A stretch of DNA of 64,000 bases from the human T2T-CHM13v2.0 reference genome, Homo sapiens. The stretch lies in NCBI RefSeq assembly GCF_009914755.1, contig NC_060938.1. One strand, 5' to 3'. The first letter of the stretch is position 1. The number at the start of each line of letters is the position of its first letter. Shown here in pieces: positions 32,074-46,113 of the stretch. The notes below the pieces were generated by a model. That model was not told the origin of the DNA. It was given only the letters and a program-made list of their open reading frames with translations, and did not search any database. A program made the translations under genes and the position numbers.

Positions 32074-32435
32074 TAATATGGTTTGGCTCTGTGTCCTTAC
32101 CCTACCCAAATCTCATCTCGAATTGTAATCCCTGTCAGGGCAGGGGCCTGGTGGGAGGTGACTGAATCATGAGGGCTGACTTCCCCCTTGTTGTTCTCAC
32201 CAGATCTGGTTGTTTGAAAGAGTGTGTCAATTCCCCGTTCACTCTCTCTCTCTCCTGCCACCATGGGAAGAAGGTCTTTGCTTCACCTTTGCCTTCTGCC
32301 ATGATTCTAAGTTTCCTGAGGCCTCCCCAGTCATGCTTCCTGTTAAGTCTGTGGAACTGTGAGTCAATTAAACCTCTTTATAAATTACTCAGTCTCAGGT
32401 AGTTCTTTATAGCAGTGTGAAAATGGACTAATACA
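32074..32435 (+). mobile_element. MST/THE1-family MaLR solo LTR
   Basis: t(a)atatggtttggct...ctaataca; 5-bp TSD GAGGA. Confidence 0.92.
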
Positions 32436-33443
32436 GAGGATAATCATAATATCATAGTTACATTAAATATAACAATCATCACAGATGAATGTGCTCATCA
32501 CAGATCTGCATGATAACTGTTCAGGAAATGATTGCTGCAATTATCTATAATAATAATAAATACTGTAAAAGGATTTTGCCAAGTATTTATTATTTTATTA
32601 TTCCTCTATATCATTTTGTGATTCTTCTCTGAAGCCTAGGTTCCTCATTTTAAAATAAGGACAGATGACTGTTTTCCAGGTCTCTTCTAGTTGCAAGCTT
32701 CTTCATTCTATACACTTGGAAAAGTTATGAAGTGCATCACAGAGAATGAGGGTTATAATGAAACCCTCTGAAAGAGGTAGCAAGACTATAAATCAGAACC
32801 AACCTCAACTGTGATCTGCCGCTTCCTTTAACTAATGGCTTGATTTTTTTCTCCCACTCATATATTTCCTTGTTTCAAGCAGCCACAACAGTTTTTGCTT
32901 ATATTCACTTGCTTGTTAGGTTACAGGCAATAAAAACATCATTAGCACCTTTCTGCTACTCACCCTGGCTGCCCTCAAATTCTCCCAGCATGTACACTTC
33001 TTCCAGATACTTTACTCTTATTTCTACTAGCTTTGACTTAACTTTTCACTCTTCTTAATTTTCACGAGGAAATCTCTATTGAAATGACCTACTTTTCAAG
33101 AGGATTCGAAGCCCTTGGGAAGCAGGGCCTGGGCATCCAGGTTTAGGTATAATCCCGAACCCAAAGTGCAGGGTGTCTAGCTTCCGGACTCTGGCCCTTC
33201 CTAAAAGCAGCTGAGTCTGGGCCAACCTAGAATGTGAGTCTGACCTTGCCCTGCAAGCTGGGCAGCAACTGGGCCCTGCAAAAGAATCCTGTGGATGGTG
33301 TGTTAGAGCCCTGTTCCGAAGTAAGAAGAACAATGGATAGCAGAGAATTCCCAAGTCACAGCTGTATTATACAGAACAACTTTGGAAAGTTGATTACCTG
33401 AATAAATAGTTCCCAGGAGGCCAAGGCCAGCATTTCAGACCTG

Positions 33444-33738
33444 TTTTTTTTTTTTTTTTGAAACAGGGTCTCGCTCTGTCACCTAGGCTGGCGTGCAGTG
33501 GCGTGATCATGGCTCACAGCAGTCTCAACCTCCTGGGCTCAAGCAATCCTCTACCTCAGCCCCCTGAGTAGCTGGGACTGGCATGTACCATCAGGCCTGG
33601 CTCATTTTTGTATTTTTTGTAGAGATGGGGTTTCGCCATGTTGCTCTCGCTGGTCTCAAACTCCTGGGCTCAAGTGATCCACCCACCTTGGCCTCCCAAA
33701 TTGCATGGGACTACAGGCGTGAGCTACCACACCCCGCC
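33444..33738 (-). mobile_element. AluJ
   Basis: J-type dimer. Confidence 0.9.
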
Positions 33739-34025
33739 AATTTCAGTTCTTCAAGATCCAAACATTAAGAAGAGAGATAATATATGTGGAAAAACATTTA
33801 ATCTGCACATGTGCTCTCTTCCTTCAAGAGAAATAGCATGTAAAATTGACTCGTATCAATAAGAGGGAAAGAAGAAAAAGTGGATGGTTTGAAATTGGTT
33901 CAGTATTGAACAATTCTAATAGAAAAATTGCATGTTAGCAGCAATCAGAGTACAGCAGTGATTTCTTGCTAGGCTATTTTACTCCTTTTCTTGAATGTTT
34001 GTGGTCTTGAGTTTCTCCAAATAAA

Positions 34026-34060
34026 CACACACACACACACACATACATACACACTCACAC
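34026..34060. repeat. (CA)n microsatellite, imperfect
   Basis: read directly from the sequence. Confidence 0.9.
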
Positions 34061-34099
34061 TAGAGTACAGCTGGGAGAATACAGGTGGGGACTGTATTC

Positions 34100-34880
34100 T
34101 TTCTTCCAGAATCCATACCTCTCTGCACATTAGAGAACTAGTTAAGGAAAGAAAACATTCAGTGTGAAGTCAAATCCTTAATTCAAAATCAGAGAACATA
34201 CAGAAGAAAGAAAGTCTATGAGAATAATGAATGTTAAAATGCCTTCAGCAATAGTCACACTTGATGTATCAGAAAAGCCACTGTATTAATCTTTTCTCAT
34301 GCTGCTGATAAAGATGAGACTGGACGATTTACAAAAGAAAGAGGTTTAATGGACTTACAGTTCCACACGGCTGGGGAGCCCCCACGATCATAGCGGAAGG
34401 CAAAGAGGAGCAAGTCATGTCTTACATGAATGACAGCAGACAAGAGAGAGCTTGTGCTGGGGAACTTCTCTTTTTAAAACCATCAAATCTCGTGAGACTT
34501 ATTCTCTATCACAAGAACAGCCTGGGAAAGACCTGCCCCCATTATTCAATTATCTCCCACTGGGTCCCTCCCACAACACGTGGGAATTATGGGAGTTACA
34601 AAATGAGATTTGGGTGGGGACACAGCCAATCCATATCAGTAACATAATAGAGAAACACGATATTATGACTAGGGTAAGATCTTCATCCAGAAAGAATAAC
34701 TCACTGAATATCAGGGAACTCTTAAGAAAGAGAAATCCTATCAATGCAAAGAATGTGGGAAATCCTTTTGCCAGAAAACAAAACTCTCTGTAGATTGGAA
34801 TATTCACAAAAAACCCTAATGAAAAAAATGTAGAAAAGGCTTTATCAAGAAGTTGTAACTAATGGAACATCAAACATTAT
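34100..34880 (+). pseudogene. Decayed tandem C2H2 (Kruppel-type) zinc-finger sequence interrupted by a THE1 LTR
   Basis: EKSYQCKECGKSFCQKTKLSVDWNIH at about 34730-34807; neighbouring degenerate fingers with stops on both sides of the LTR. Confidence 0.75.
34282..34638 (-). mobile_element. THE1 solo LTR
   Basis: tgtatta...ccatatca termini; THE1 body. Confidence 0.92.
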
Positions 34881-35052
34881 TCTGAATATTTTGAAAGTGA
34901 AAATTTTCAACAAGAAATTTAAAACCTGGAGCAATTCTATCAAGTTAGCGATTATATCAAGAACATGTTCTCCTAGCAATAATCCTGAAAGTCTTATTTT
35001 AAATGTGATTCTAAACCTTGTACATAAAGTGTATTAGATTTTAATACAATAT

Positions 35053-35276
35053 TAATAAATCTAATAAAATATTAGATTTTATTAGATCTAATAATAAATC
35101 TAATAAAATATTAGATTTTATTAGATCTAATAATAAATCTAATAAAATATTAGATTTTATTAGATCTAATAATAAATCTAATAAAATATTAGATTTTATT
35201 AGATCTAATAATAAATCTAATAAAATATTAGATTTTATTAGATCTAATAATAAATCTAATAAAATATTAGATTTTA
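35053..35276. repeat. 39-bp AT-rich palindromic minisatellite, about 5.7 perfect copies
   Basis: unit taataaatctaataaaatattagattttattagatctaa; AGATCT at 35084, 35123, 35162, 35201 and 35240. Confidence 0.97.
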
Positions 35277-35329
35277 AATCTAAATGTTAGTAATCCCTGC
35301 TCTCTTTTCCCCCCCCACTCAGTGTGGGT

Positions 35330-36775
<1,446 letters not shown>

Positions 36776-36779
36776 AAGT

Positions 36780-37125
<346 letters not shown>

Positions 37126-37549
37126 TAGATACACTTATGATTTTTTAACATACTAAAAAAGGAAAGATACTATTAAGGATGTTATTAGATCAACTGACAA
37201 AATATAGATGATAAATCAGATAAAACAGTATCAACATATATTTATGAATATGATAAGCATATTTTGGTTATATTCATTACAGAAGAGAAGGGGATAGTGG
37301 TAGAAAGTGCAAAGGAGAAGGAAGATGGTGTAAAATGTTAACAATGTCAATCTGGGTAAAAGGTATACCTTACACAGAGAGTAAGCTATTCTCTGTACTG
37401 TTTTATTTTGAACTTTTTGGAAGTTTTAAATTATTCAAAAAAAGGTAATATTTAAAAAGCCAATCTAACATGCTCTGGATCCTATCCCCTTACACAATAG
37501 GTCTCCTTCCCTCCCTCTCTCTCATCTTCCTTCCTCCTCTTCACTAGAT

Positions 37550-38290
37550 CATTCTGCTAAGCTTGGAAACATGTTCTTCCATTTAAATAGAAACAAGAAG
37601 AAGCAAACAAAACATCTCTTGATCTATTGCCACTCTGGACTTAACAAAAGACTCATCTACTCACATTGTCACACTTCATCATCACTTTCCACTTATCTTC
37701 AACCCACTCTGCCCTCACCACACTTTGAAATGCCTCTTGCTAAAGTCATCAAACACCTCCAGGTGGCCAACTCCAAAGGATACTCATCAGTTATGCCACC
37801 TCACCTTTCAGGAGCATTTGATAGTGCTGACCACACCTTCCTCATTAAAATATCTACTTCTCTTGGCTTTTGATCAAACACTCTTGATTTTCCTCTTGCC
37901 CCTCTGTCACTCCTAAGTCTCCTTTGCCATTTCTTCATCTTCCACCTGACTTCTACTGGCTAGAGTTCTTAACATTCTCAGTCCACTCTATCTCTCTAGG
38001 TGGTCTCATTCATTCTCATGATTTTAAAATCTGTCTACAGGTTGATGACTCCCAATTTCTTCAGCCCAGAACTTACTTCTGAAATTCATCCAATCTGACT
38101 GCTTTGACATAGTAAACTAACACTTCTCAAACATACTCAAAATTGAGCTCTTAGTCTCCCTCACCCCCAGGTATTGCCTGCCCCCTGCTCCCACCCCACC
38201 GCCCCACCCGTCTGCCATCTTCTCTTTTCAGTAGGTGCCATGTCCATTCATCCAGCTGCACAAGTCAGAAAACCTAGTATCATTTTTTGA
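37550..38290 (+). mobile_element. L2 internal fragment
   Basis: gcatttgatagtgctgaccac (AFD.VDH reverse transcriptase motif); pyrimidine-rich L2 body. Confidence 0.75.
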
Positions 38291-38389
38291 ATGTTAAAAT
38301 TATGAATGATATTTTTTCTTTATGCACTTCAACAGTTTAAAATTTCCCTGTGATAAACATATTTATAAATAATCAAAATTAAAAGAACC

Positions 38390-39486
38390 TCAAAAGAACA
38401 CATACAAATGGCAAACAGGCATATGTGAAAAGGTACTCAATATCATTGATCAGAGAAATGCCATCAAAACTACAATAATATCATCTCACCACAGTTAAAA
38501 TGGCTTTTATCCAAAAGACAGGTAATAACAAACGCTGGCAAGGATATGGAGAAAAGGGAGCTCTTATTAAACTGCTGGTAGGCATGTAAATTAGTACAAT
38601 CACTATGGAGAACCATTTGGAGGTTCCTCAAAAAACTAAAAATAAAGCTACCATATGATCCAGCAATCCCACTGCTGGGTATATACCCAAAAGAAAGGAA
38701 ATCAACATATGGAAGATATCTGCATTCTCATATACTGTTTGTTGCAGCATTGTTCACAATAGGCAAGATTTGGAAGAAGACTCAGTGTCCATCAACAGAT
38801 GAATGGATAAAGAAAATGTGGTACACATACACAGTGGAGTACTATTCAGCAATAAAAAAGAATGAGATCCTGTCATTTGCAACAACACAGATGAAAATGG
38901 GAGGTCACTATGTTAAGTCAAATAAGGCACAGAAAGTCAAACACTGCATGTTCTCACTTATGGGATCTAAAAATCAAGACAATTTAATTCATGGACATAG
39001 AAAGTAGAAGGATGGTTACCAGAGGCTGGGAAGGATAGTGAGGATGTTGGGGAGAGTTATGGATGGTTAATGGATACAAAAAAAAAAAAATAGAGTAAGA
39101 CCTAGTATTTGATAGTACAGAATGGTAACTATAGTCAATAACAACTTAATTGTACATTAAAAAATAACCAAAAGAGTATAATTGGATTCTTGGTAACATG
39201 AAAGATAAATGCTTCATAGCATGGATACCCCATTCTCCATGATGTGACTATTAATACCTAGTATTTGATAGCACAATAGGGTGACTAGAGTCAAAATGAT
39301 AAACATTTTAAAATAACTAAGAGTGTAACTGGACTGTTTGTAACACAAAGGATTAATGCTCGAGGAGATAATTATCCCATTTCCCATGATGTGACTATTA
39401 CACATTACATGCCTACATCAAAACATCTCATGTACCACCTCTCTATATATACACCTACAAAAATTAAAAATTAAAAAAAAATAAAA
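38390..39486 (+). mobile_element. L1MA-type 3' end with poly(A) tail and a duplicated 3'UTR segment
   Basis: ORF2 C-terminal remnant (ORF 38750..39007: CPSTDEWIKKMW...EYYSAIKKNEILSFA). Confidence 0.92.
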
Positions 39487-39555
39487 ACCACCAAAACCTT
39501 TCTTTTGGACAACGGGAAACAAAATAAAGATGTGCTTAAATATAATGCTATATAG

Positions 39556-39861
<306 letters not shown>

Positions 39862-39892
39862 TAGTTTCTGTTTTTAATTTTCATTTTGTGAG

Positions 39893-40247
39893 TGTTGTTA
39901 GTCTGTTTTCATGCTACTGATAAAGACATACCCAAGGCTGGGCAACTTAGAAAAGAAAGAAGTTTAATGGACTTACATTTCCACGTGGCTGGAGAAACCT
40001 CACAATCATGGCAGAAGGCAAAGAGGAGCAAGTCACGTCTTACATGGATGGCAGCAGGCAAAGAGAGAGCTTGTGCAGGGAAGCCCCCCCTTATAAAGCC
40101 ATCAGATCTCATGAGACTTATCCAGTATCATGAGAACAACATGCGAAAAACCCGCCCCCATGATTCAGTTACCTTCCACCAGGTCCCTTCCACAACACAT
40201 AGGAATTTGAGATGAGACTGATGTAGGGACACAGCCAAGCCATCTCA
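39893..40247 (-). mobile_element. THE1 solo LTR, 45 nt from the EFCAB11 exon 3 donor
   Basis: THE1 body and termini. Confidence 0.92.
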
Positions 40248-40292
40248 GTGTCTAAATAAGGTACTAAAAATTAATATTAACTTTCATATTAC

Positions 40293-40338
40293 CAGAAGTA
40301 TTTGGATTTATTGAAGACATCACAGAATCCACTTCTAT
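40293..40338 (-). CDS. EFCAB11: EFCAB11 coding exon 3 (IEVDSVMSSINPNTS-G)
   Basis: acceptor ttttctag|ATA, donor CTG|GTAATA; 46 nt; frame joins exons 2 and 4. Confidence 0.93.
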
Positions 40339-41821
40339 CTAGAAAAGAGGAAAAAATAATAGAACATGTAATTTTATCACGTTTTCACAGTGCAAGTTCT
40401 TAATTCTTCAGGTGGGAATAAGGATCTATTTTATGAGAAACCAAGTCTGTTGAACCAAGCAGACAAGTAATGATACACAATAGCTATAATAGTCATTTTA
40501 TTTTTCCATCAACATCTATAAAATAGCAGACACTAATCTGCTAGTCCCTAATAGCCCCCAAAACTTTATTCCATTGACCAAAACAGTTTAAGAACAGAAA
40601 ATCAATTTGGCTGTCCCATATATAATATAATCTAACAGGCAGGCAGCCTTTCTACTTTAGACAAATACAACTGTTATAATGGGCTCTATGGCTCTATTTT
40701 TAAGATTTTTTTCCTAATTATAAAAGTATCACATGATTGATGTAGAAAGCATGAAAAATACAAAAAATTATGAAGAAAATTAAAAAATCAGCCATCCAAT
40801 GAAAATCATTGTTATCATTTTAGACTAATCAGCTTTTTTCCCCTATGCATCTTTAAACATTTGAGACTTTACTGTATAGAAAATATGAGGACCTGCTTTC
40901 ACTAAATGTTAAAATATAAGCCCTTTACCACACTGTTACAAGGGCTTTATAAACGTTATAGTATTAGAGCCTTCGCAGCATCTGACATAATTTCTCCACT
41001 TCTGGTCTCGAACCCTTCCCAGTATTTCCTGCATTTTCCTGGTTCCTCTTGTTCCTGCCAAATGGTTCCCACTCCCACTTCTTCAAGTCCCCTCCTACCC
41101 TTAAATGCTTGTATTCCCTAACGTTCTATCCTCAGACCATGGCTCTTCCTATTCTGCATACTCTTCCTGGGCAATGCCATCCAGCCTCGTGTTTTGAGCA
41201 ACCACATGGAAACCAAGGAGCCCCAAGTCTATCTCCAGCCCTATCCCCTCCACCCAATTTCAGATTGCTACATCTCAGGGAAGCAGTAAAATCTAACGGT
41301 GGATTTTCACCACCATAACCTCAATAGCCAGCATATTATTTAACGAGTGAATGCACCTGAAATGCTCATAGCTGCCTCAAACTCAATGTGTTCCAATCGA
41401 AACTCACTGACTTCCTCTGAACCTACTCTTAAATTTTCTCTTAATTGGTGGCATTGCTATCCCTTCAGTCCCAGTGGTCATGTCACTCTTACCACCACCA
41501 CATCCAATCAGTCATCAGGGCCTAACTTGTCCCACCACCCACAAAGTGTTCCTAGATACTTATCAGAGTAGTCTATCTTCTCTAGTCTAAATGACCACCC
41601 AGACTGTTATAGTTACCACTAGAATTAGGCCTTCCTTCTTTGCTCCCTTCACTTTGTTTTTCAATCTCTTCTCTTTCTTGGTATCTATCACAGTTTTATG
41701 TCTTTCTATATTAAACTCTGAACTGCTTCGAAGTAGAGACTGTGTTTCATTCATCTTTATATCACTAGCAACTAGCAAGTACTCCTTTTATTAAATAGAA
41801 ACAATAAATTTCATTGTGTAT

Positions 41822-42135
41822 GGGTGGGCACAGTAGCTTATGCCTGTAATCCCAGCACTTTGGGAGGCTGAGGTGGGCGGATCACTTGAGGTCAGGAGTT
41901 GGAGACCAGACTGGCCAACATTGGTGAAACCCCATCTCTACTAAAAACACAAAAAAAAAAAAAGAAAAAAAAGAACCGGGTATGGTCGTGTGCACCTGTA
42001 GTCCCAGCTACTCAAGAGGATGAGGCAGGAGAATTGCTTGAACCTGGAAAGTGGAGGTTGCAGTGAGCCTAGATCACGCCACTACACTCTAGCCTGGGTG
42101 ACAGAGCAAGACTGCATCTCAACAAATAAATAAAC
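41822..42135 (+). mobile_element. AluS
   Basis: dimer with an expanded A linker. Confidence 0.92.
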
Positions 42136-43239
42136 TTAATTATGTAAAAAACTGCATGAATGTATAAGTGATTTATTATATAAGTATTTTATTGCTTCAT
42201 GACCTGCAGTCAGTGAATATTTCATTTGCTCAAAAGCAATATTAAAAAATTAAACCCCAAACCTCAACCTAGTCTAAAAAAATCTGTTGAATTTCACAGA
42301 AATTAAGTGTCACCTGCATAATAAAAGTTCATTGTACAAATGACTAAGTTTATAGGTGACATGCTATTAGTAAATACCGTTTAGTGACCTGCGGTTACTA
42401 AATAGTTCATTTGCTTAAAAAATAAAATAGAAAACCTCACCTCAATATGAAAAGTAAAATCTGTTAAATTTCATGGAGTGTATGTACAGTATGTTACATC
42501 ACTGTATCTGTCATTAAATTCCTCATTCTAAAATTGAAACCAAATAGACTCAAGGGTGATAAAGGCAAAAATGAGACAAGATACCTTTCCAGGTGAATCC
42601 AAGTTAAATACAATGCTTCACAGGCTGACTCTTTTCAGCTGACCTGCTTTGTAATTCCAACTGAAATGATTACAGGTAAACAGGAGAGCTGCCATTTCTA
42701 AGAGTCAGCCCTGACTACTTCTCTGAGCTCCATAATAAGCTTCTCAGTAACTAGGCAGCCCCTCATAGCTGAGCCACTCTGAACCCACCTGAGCTGTTCA
42801 TGCAACCTACTTGGGTCAAGAGAATATATTAATACTTATTGTGCATCACAACTTCACAGTAAGTATGTTCTGTTGACACAAATAGGGCGGAGAGGCATGA
42901 CATCACAGGGTCCCTGGCTTTGCTGGGCTTTCAATCTGACAGAAAGGCACAGTCCACTCATGAGGAGAACAGCTGGGCCCTAATTAACTGCCAAGCTGTC
43001 TGGTCTAATGAGAGTGAGGGATGGCATTCCAGGCTGAGCCCTGAGTGCTTCCTTTGCTTGATGGTGGCAGCTCAATTTCTTGAATCTGGACAATATCTTG
43101 ACTCTGACTAATTCCAGCTTAACAAGAAGGGTGTTGTCTCTCGAATGAATGTAACAGGAAAGCAGAAAAGCATAAAGACAGGGGTGAGCAGGAAACTTGC
43201 CCTACTCAAGCAGGAGGTTCATGGAGGCTCAGCTCAACT

Positions 43240-43745
43240 CTCATTATTGGTGAATTGGTGCAATCTTTTCTGGAGAGCAAATATCTAACAAAATTTTAAA
43301 CGTACATATTCCATGACCTAGCAGTTATACTTCTAGGAACTTATTCCACAGATATACAGCCACAAGGACATAAATGTGTGTATCATTGCAGCAATGTTGG
43401 CAGAAAAAAAAAAAAAACCCCACCTATATAACCCCAGACAGGAACCTGGCTAAAAAGAATATGCAACCATATTTTAAAATGCAGTAGTGGTGTGTGCTTT
43501 TAGGTTGATATATTGTTAAATGAGAAAAGCAAGTTAAAGTAGGCACAATATTTACCCATTTATGTTTTCAATAAAAGACTATGCATATGTATGTCATGGA
43601 TAGAAAATTTCAGAATTACACAAAAAAACTGTTAATGGTAATCCCCTAGGAGTGGGACCCTCTGGTAGGCGGCGAGCGGATTTTATGCTCAACTTTATAC
43701 CTTTCTGCACTGTTTTAATTTTTTGACCGTGGATGTATTTTATAA
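43240..43745 (+). mobile_element. Old L1ME-type 3' end
   Basis: cttttctggagagcaa and gcagttatacttctaggaa signatures. Confidence 0.65.
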
Positions 43746-44101
43746 ACAAAGCAACAAAAGTAAAACGAGAAAGAGACTATGTCATGTCCTATGTAAATTT
43801 CTCCTGTTACCAACACTCCCCTCTCAGTCTTCCCTCTTGGCACCTCTCTAGCATCTTGTATTTATAGTAGTTATTAGCAGCCTGGTGGTGAGATAGGCTT
43901 GTGTAGACTCCAGTGGAAAAGATTTCTACTTCATCTCTGGGCTGAGGTGTTAAGAGGAAGCTAAAATTCAGCACTGGACACATCTCTGAAATTGCTTATA
44001 AAGCAATTTATAAACATCCTAAGCTAGCCCTGTGAACTTTTCTTAGGATCCATTCACCTTTGATCGTCTACCCCATCCCCAAATATATAAGAAAGCTCTA
44101 C

Positions 44102-44197
44102 CTTGGAGGGCTTGTACCCAAACAGCATTACAACAGCAGTTTTAAAGTCCTCTCTGCTGAGATATCCTTTGTGATCTTCATCACATGCTTTAAATAC
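44102..44197 (-). CDS. EFCAB11: EFCAB11 coding exon 2 (VFKACDEDHKGYLSREDFKTAVVMLFGYKPSK), EF-hand loop DEDHKGYLSRED
   Basis: acceptor ttcag|GTA, donor AAG|GTAGAG; 96 nt, phase 0-0; EF-hand loop pattern. Confidence 0.95.
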
Positions 44198-44781
44198 CTG
44201 AAGAACATTAAATAGCTTTAGTTAATGAGACAGAAATGGTTTATTTTTATTACTAGTTTATTATACAGTTTGGACCTCGAAAATCTAAAACTTGGCCCAG
44301 CGGTAGAGTATGAAAATAGAATTTCATTATCCCAATATTAATTCTCAAGAAATCTTAAAGATGGACTGAAATTTTCTTAAACATGGGCTGAAATTTCCCT
44401 CAAAGTGCAAACGAGTTAACCGCTAGGTGACGCAAATTAATTCATTTAGGCCACTGAGATAAATTCTACCCAAAATTCAGTCCTGGAGTTAGGAAGGTGA
44501 GGCAAAGGGGCTGGCTTTGAAAGGCGGGAGAGATGCAGACTCAAGGTTACCATTAATAGACTATATAGAGAGAAAGGAGATGGAACTTGGAGGTAGCCGT
44601 AGTCCTGGACGGGGAGCCAGGAGCCCTGCAGCTCCAGGATCAGTCATTAACCACGACCCTTTGGACAGGCAGCCCAGGTCTTATCTGCACACCCGGCAGA
44701 GTGAGACCCAGACACGGGAGAGGAAGCGAGAGGCCCAGGCCAAGCTGAAGTCCGAGGCTCAGTCGCCCTCCGGAAACCTAC

Positions 44782-44856
44782 TTCCACCCACTTCCTGTGT
44801 TCCGAGGGACTGGCTTCCCACGTCCGCGACCTGGCTCTGGCCTCGGAGAAGAACAT
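44782..44856 (-). CDS. EFCAB11: EFCAB11 coding exon 1 (MFFSEARARSRTWEASPSEHRKWVE)
   Basis: ATG at 44856 inside a CpG island; 75 nt; donor GAA|GTAGGT; matches the recalled human EFCAB11 N-terminus. Confidence 0.95.
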
Positions 44857-44992
44857 CGCGACTACAACAACCGAGCCCCAGCAACCCAACCAGCTACCAC
44901 CGCTTTCCCAGCCTGGCTGGCAGCCTACCGCGGCCACGCCCACCGCGGCTCAGGAAGCCGAACTTCACCGCGCAACTCCGACGTCTCCTCCC

Positions 44993-45039
44993 ATTGGACA
45001 ACCTGCCAGCCACTCGCGTTAATCCCGCAGGGCTATTGG
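44993..45039 (-). promoter_or_regulatory. Two CCAAT boxes upstream of EFCAB11
   Basis: ATTGG at 44993-44997 and 45035-45039, 42 bp apart, oriented with EFCAB11. Confidence 0.5.
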
Positions 45040-46101
45040 CCAGAGTCTTTGTTTAATTACGTTTCCTTGGAGCCGCCCTGGCAGTGAGGCGCCCAGGCCT
45101 GCCCCCAGCACTTGGCTCCACCCCCTGACTGTCCCTTAACTCGTTGAGCGCGGCTGGAAATCCAAGCGCTTCTAGGTGCTGGTTCAATGCCTGGTTCATG
45201 ATTTATTTCATTCTCTCCCTCCATCTTGCAATAGGTTACTTTTAATCATTTAGATCTATGACACTATGCTAAACGTTATAGGAGACAAAAAGACTGTGAA
45301 CAAACAAGAAGAACCAAACGAAAAGAGCCAAGTCCAGGATTCTCATTCAGATCAGCAAGTCATTGGGATCGAGCTCCTAGGGCAGCTACTACATCTGTTA
45401 TGTCCTCAACATAATCCCAGCACCTAGCACTGTGCCTGGCACAAAGTAGATCTTCAATGAAAGAACGAAACGAGCCGTTATATTTACACAGATGTATTTC
45501 ACTCAGTCCTCTGGAAGAGATGCCTAGTGTGAAAGAGATTCCAAGAATAAATACCATAAACAGCACCGAGCCCAAATCCCACAGCAAACATCCTTATTAA
45601 AGGCAAGGAACGTGGGGCGAGTTCCTTTTCTCAGAAGATTTTACGAGAACGCAACTGTTGCGAAGAAGGAACAGACATTCGAGGTTCTGAGTCCAATGGG
45701 AACTCATTTAACTTTTTATTTTGCAGCAGATTTCAAAGTCTGCACCCAGCCCCTCCCAGGACACAGGTCTCCTTGCAGCTGCCTTTAACCTAAGCGTATC
45801 CTCTCTCCACTTTAAACCAAACGCCGCTGCATGGAGCCCTGGGAGCCTGAGCCATGAGAATCCTGTAAAGAGGGTGAGTCTTGCTATTAGTTAACTAGAG
45901 CGAAGTTAGGGGACGCCTTTCTGGTTCTCCTCTCGTTTTAAGAAGTCTCCAGGAAGTAAGCCAAGAGCTAGGAGAGACCAGGTTTCCCCAGCCCCGTCCT
46001 GGGTAAACACCCGGCGGGCTTTAGGACCCAGCGGTGGGCTCTCCGGAAGGGGAAGGGGCCGGACCTCGAGGCACAAGCCGCTGCCGCCAGGGTTTGAACT
46101 G

Positions 46102-46113
46102 CGCGCATGCGCG
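46102..46113. promoter_or_regulatory. NRF1 palindrome CGCGCATGCGCG at the inferred TDP1 transcription start
   Basis: perfect match to YGCGCATGCGCR; GC box GGGGCGGG at about 46128-46136. Confidence 0.75.

Noticed and set aside
35053-35276. Regular palindromic repeat as a CRISPR-like array
   Set aside because: Units are contiguous and identical with no unique spacers; eukaryotic context with no cas genes
45061-45074. X-box-like GTTTCCTTGGAGCC upstream of EFCAB11
   Set aside because: The second half-site is too degenerate to call
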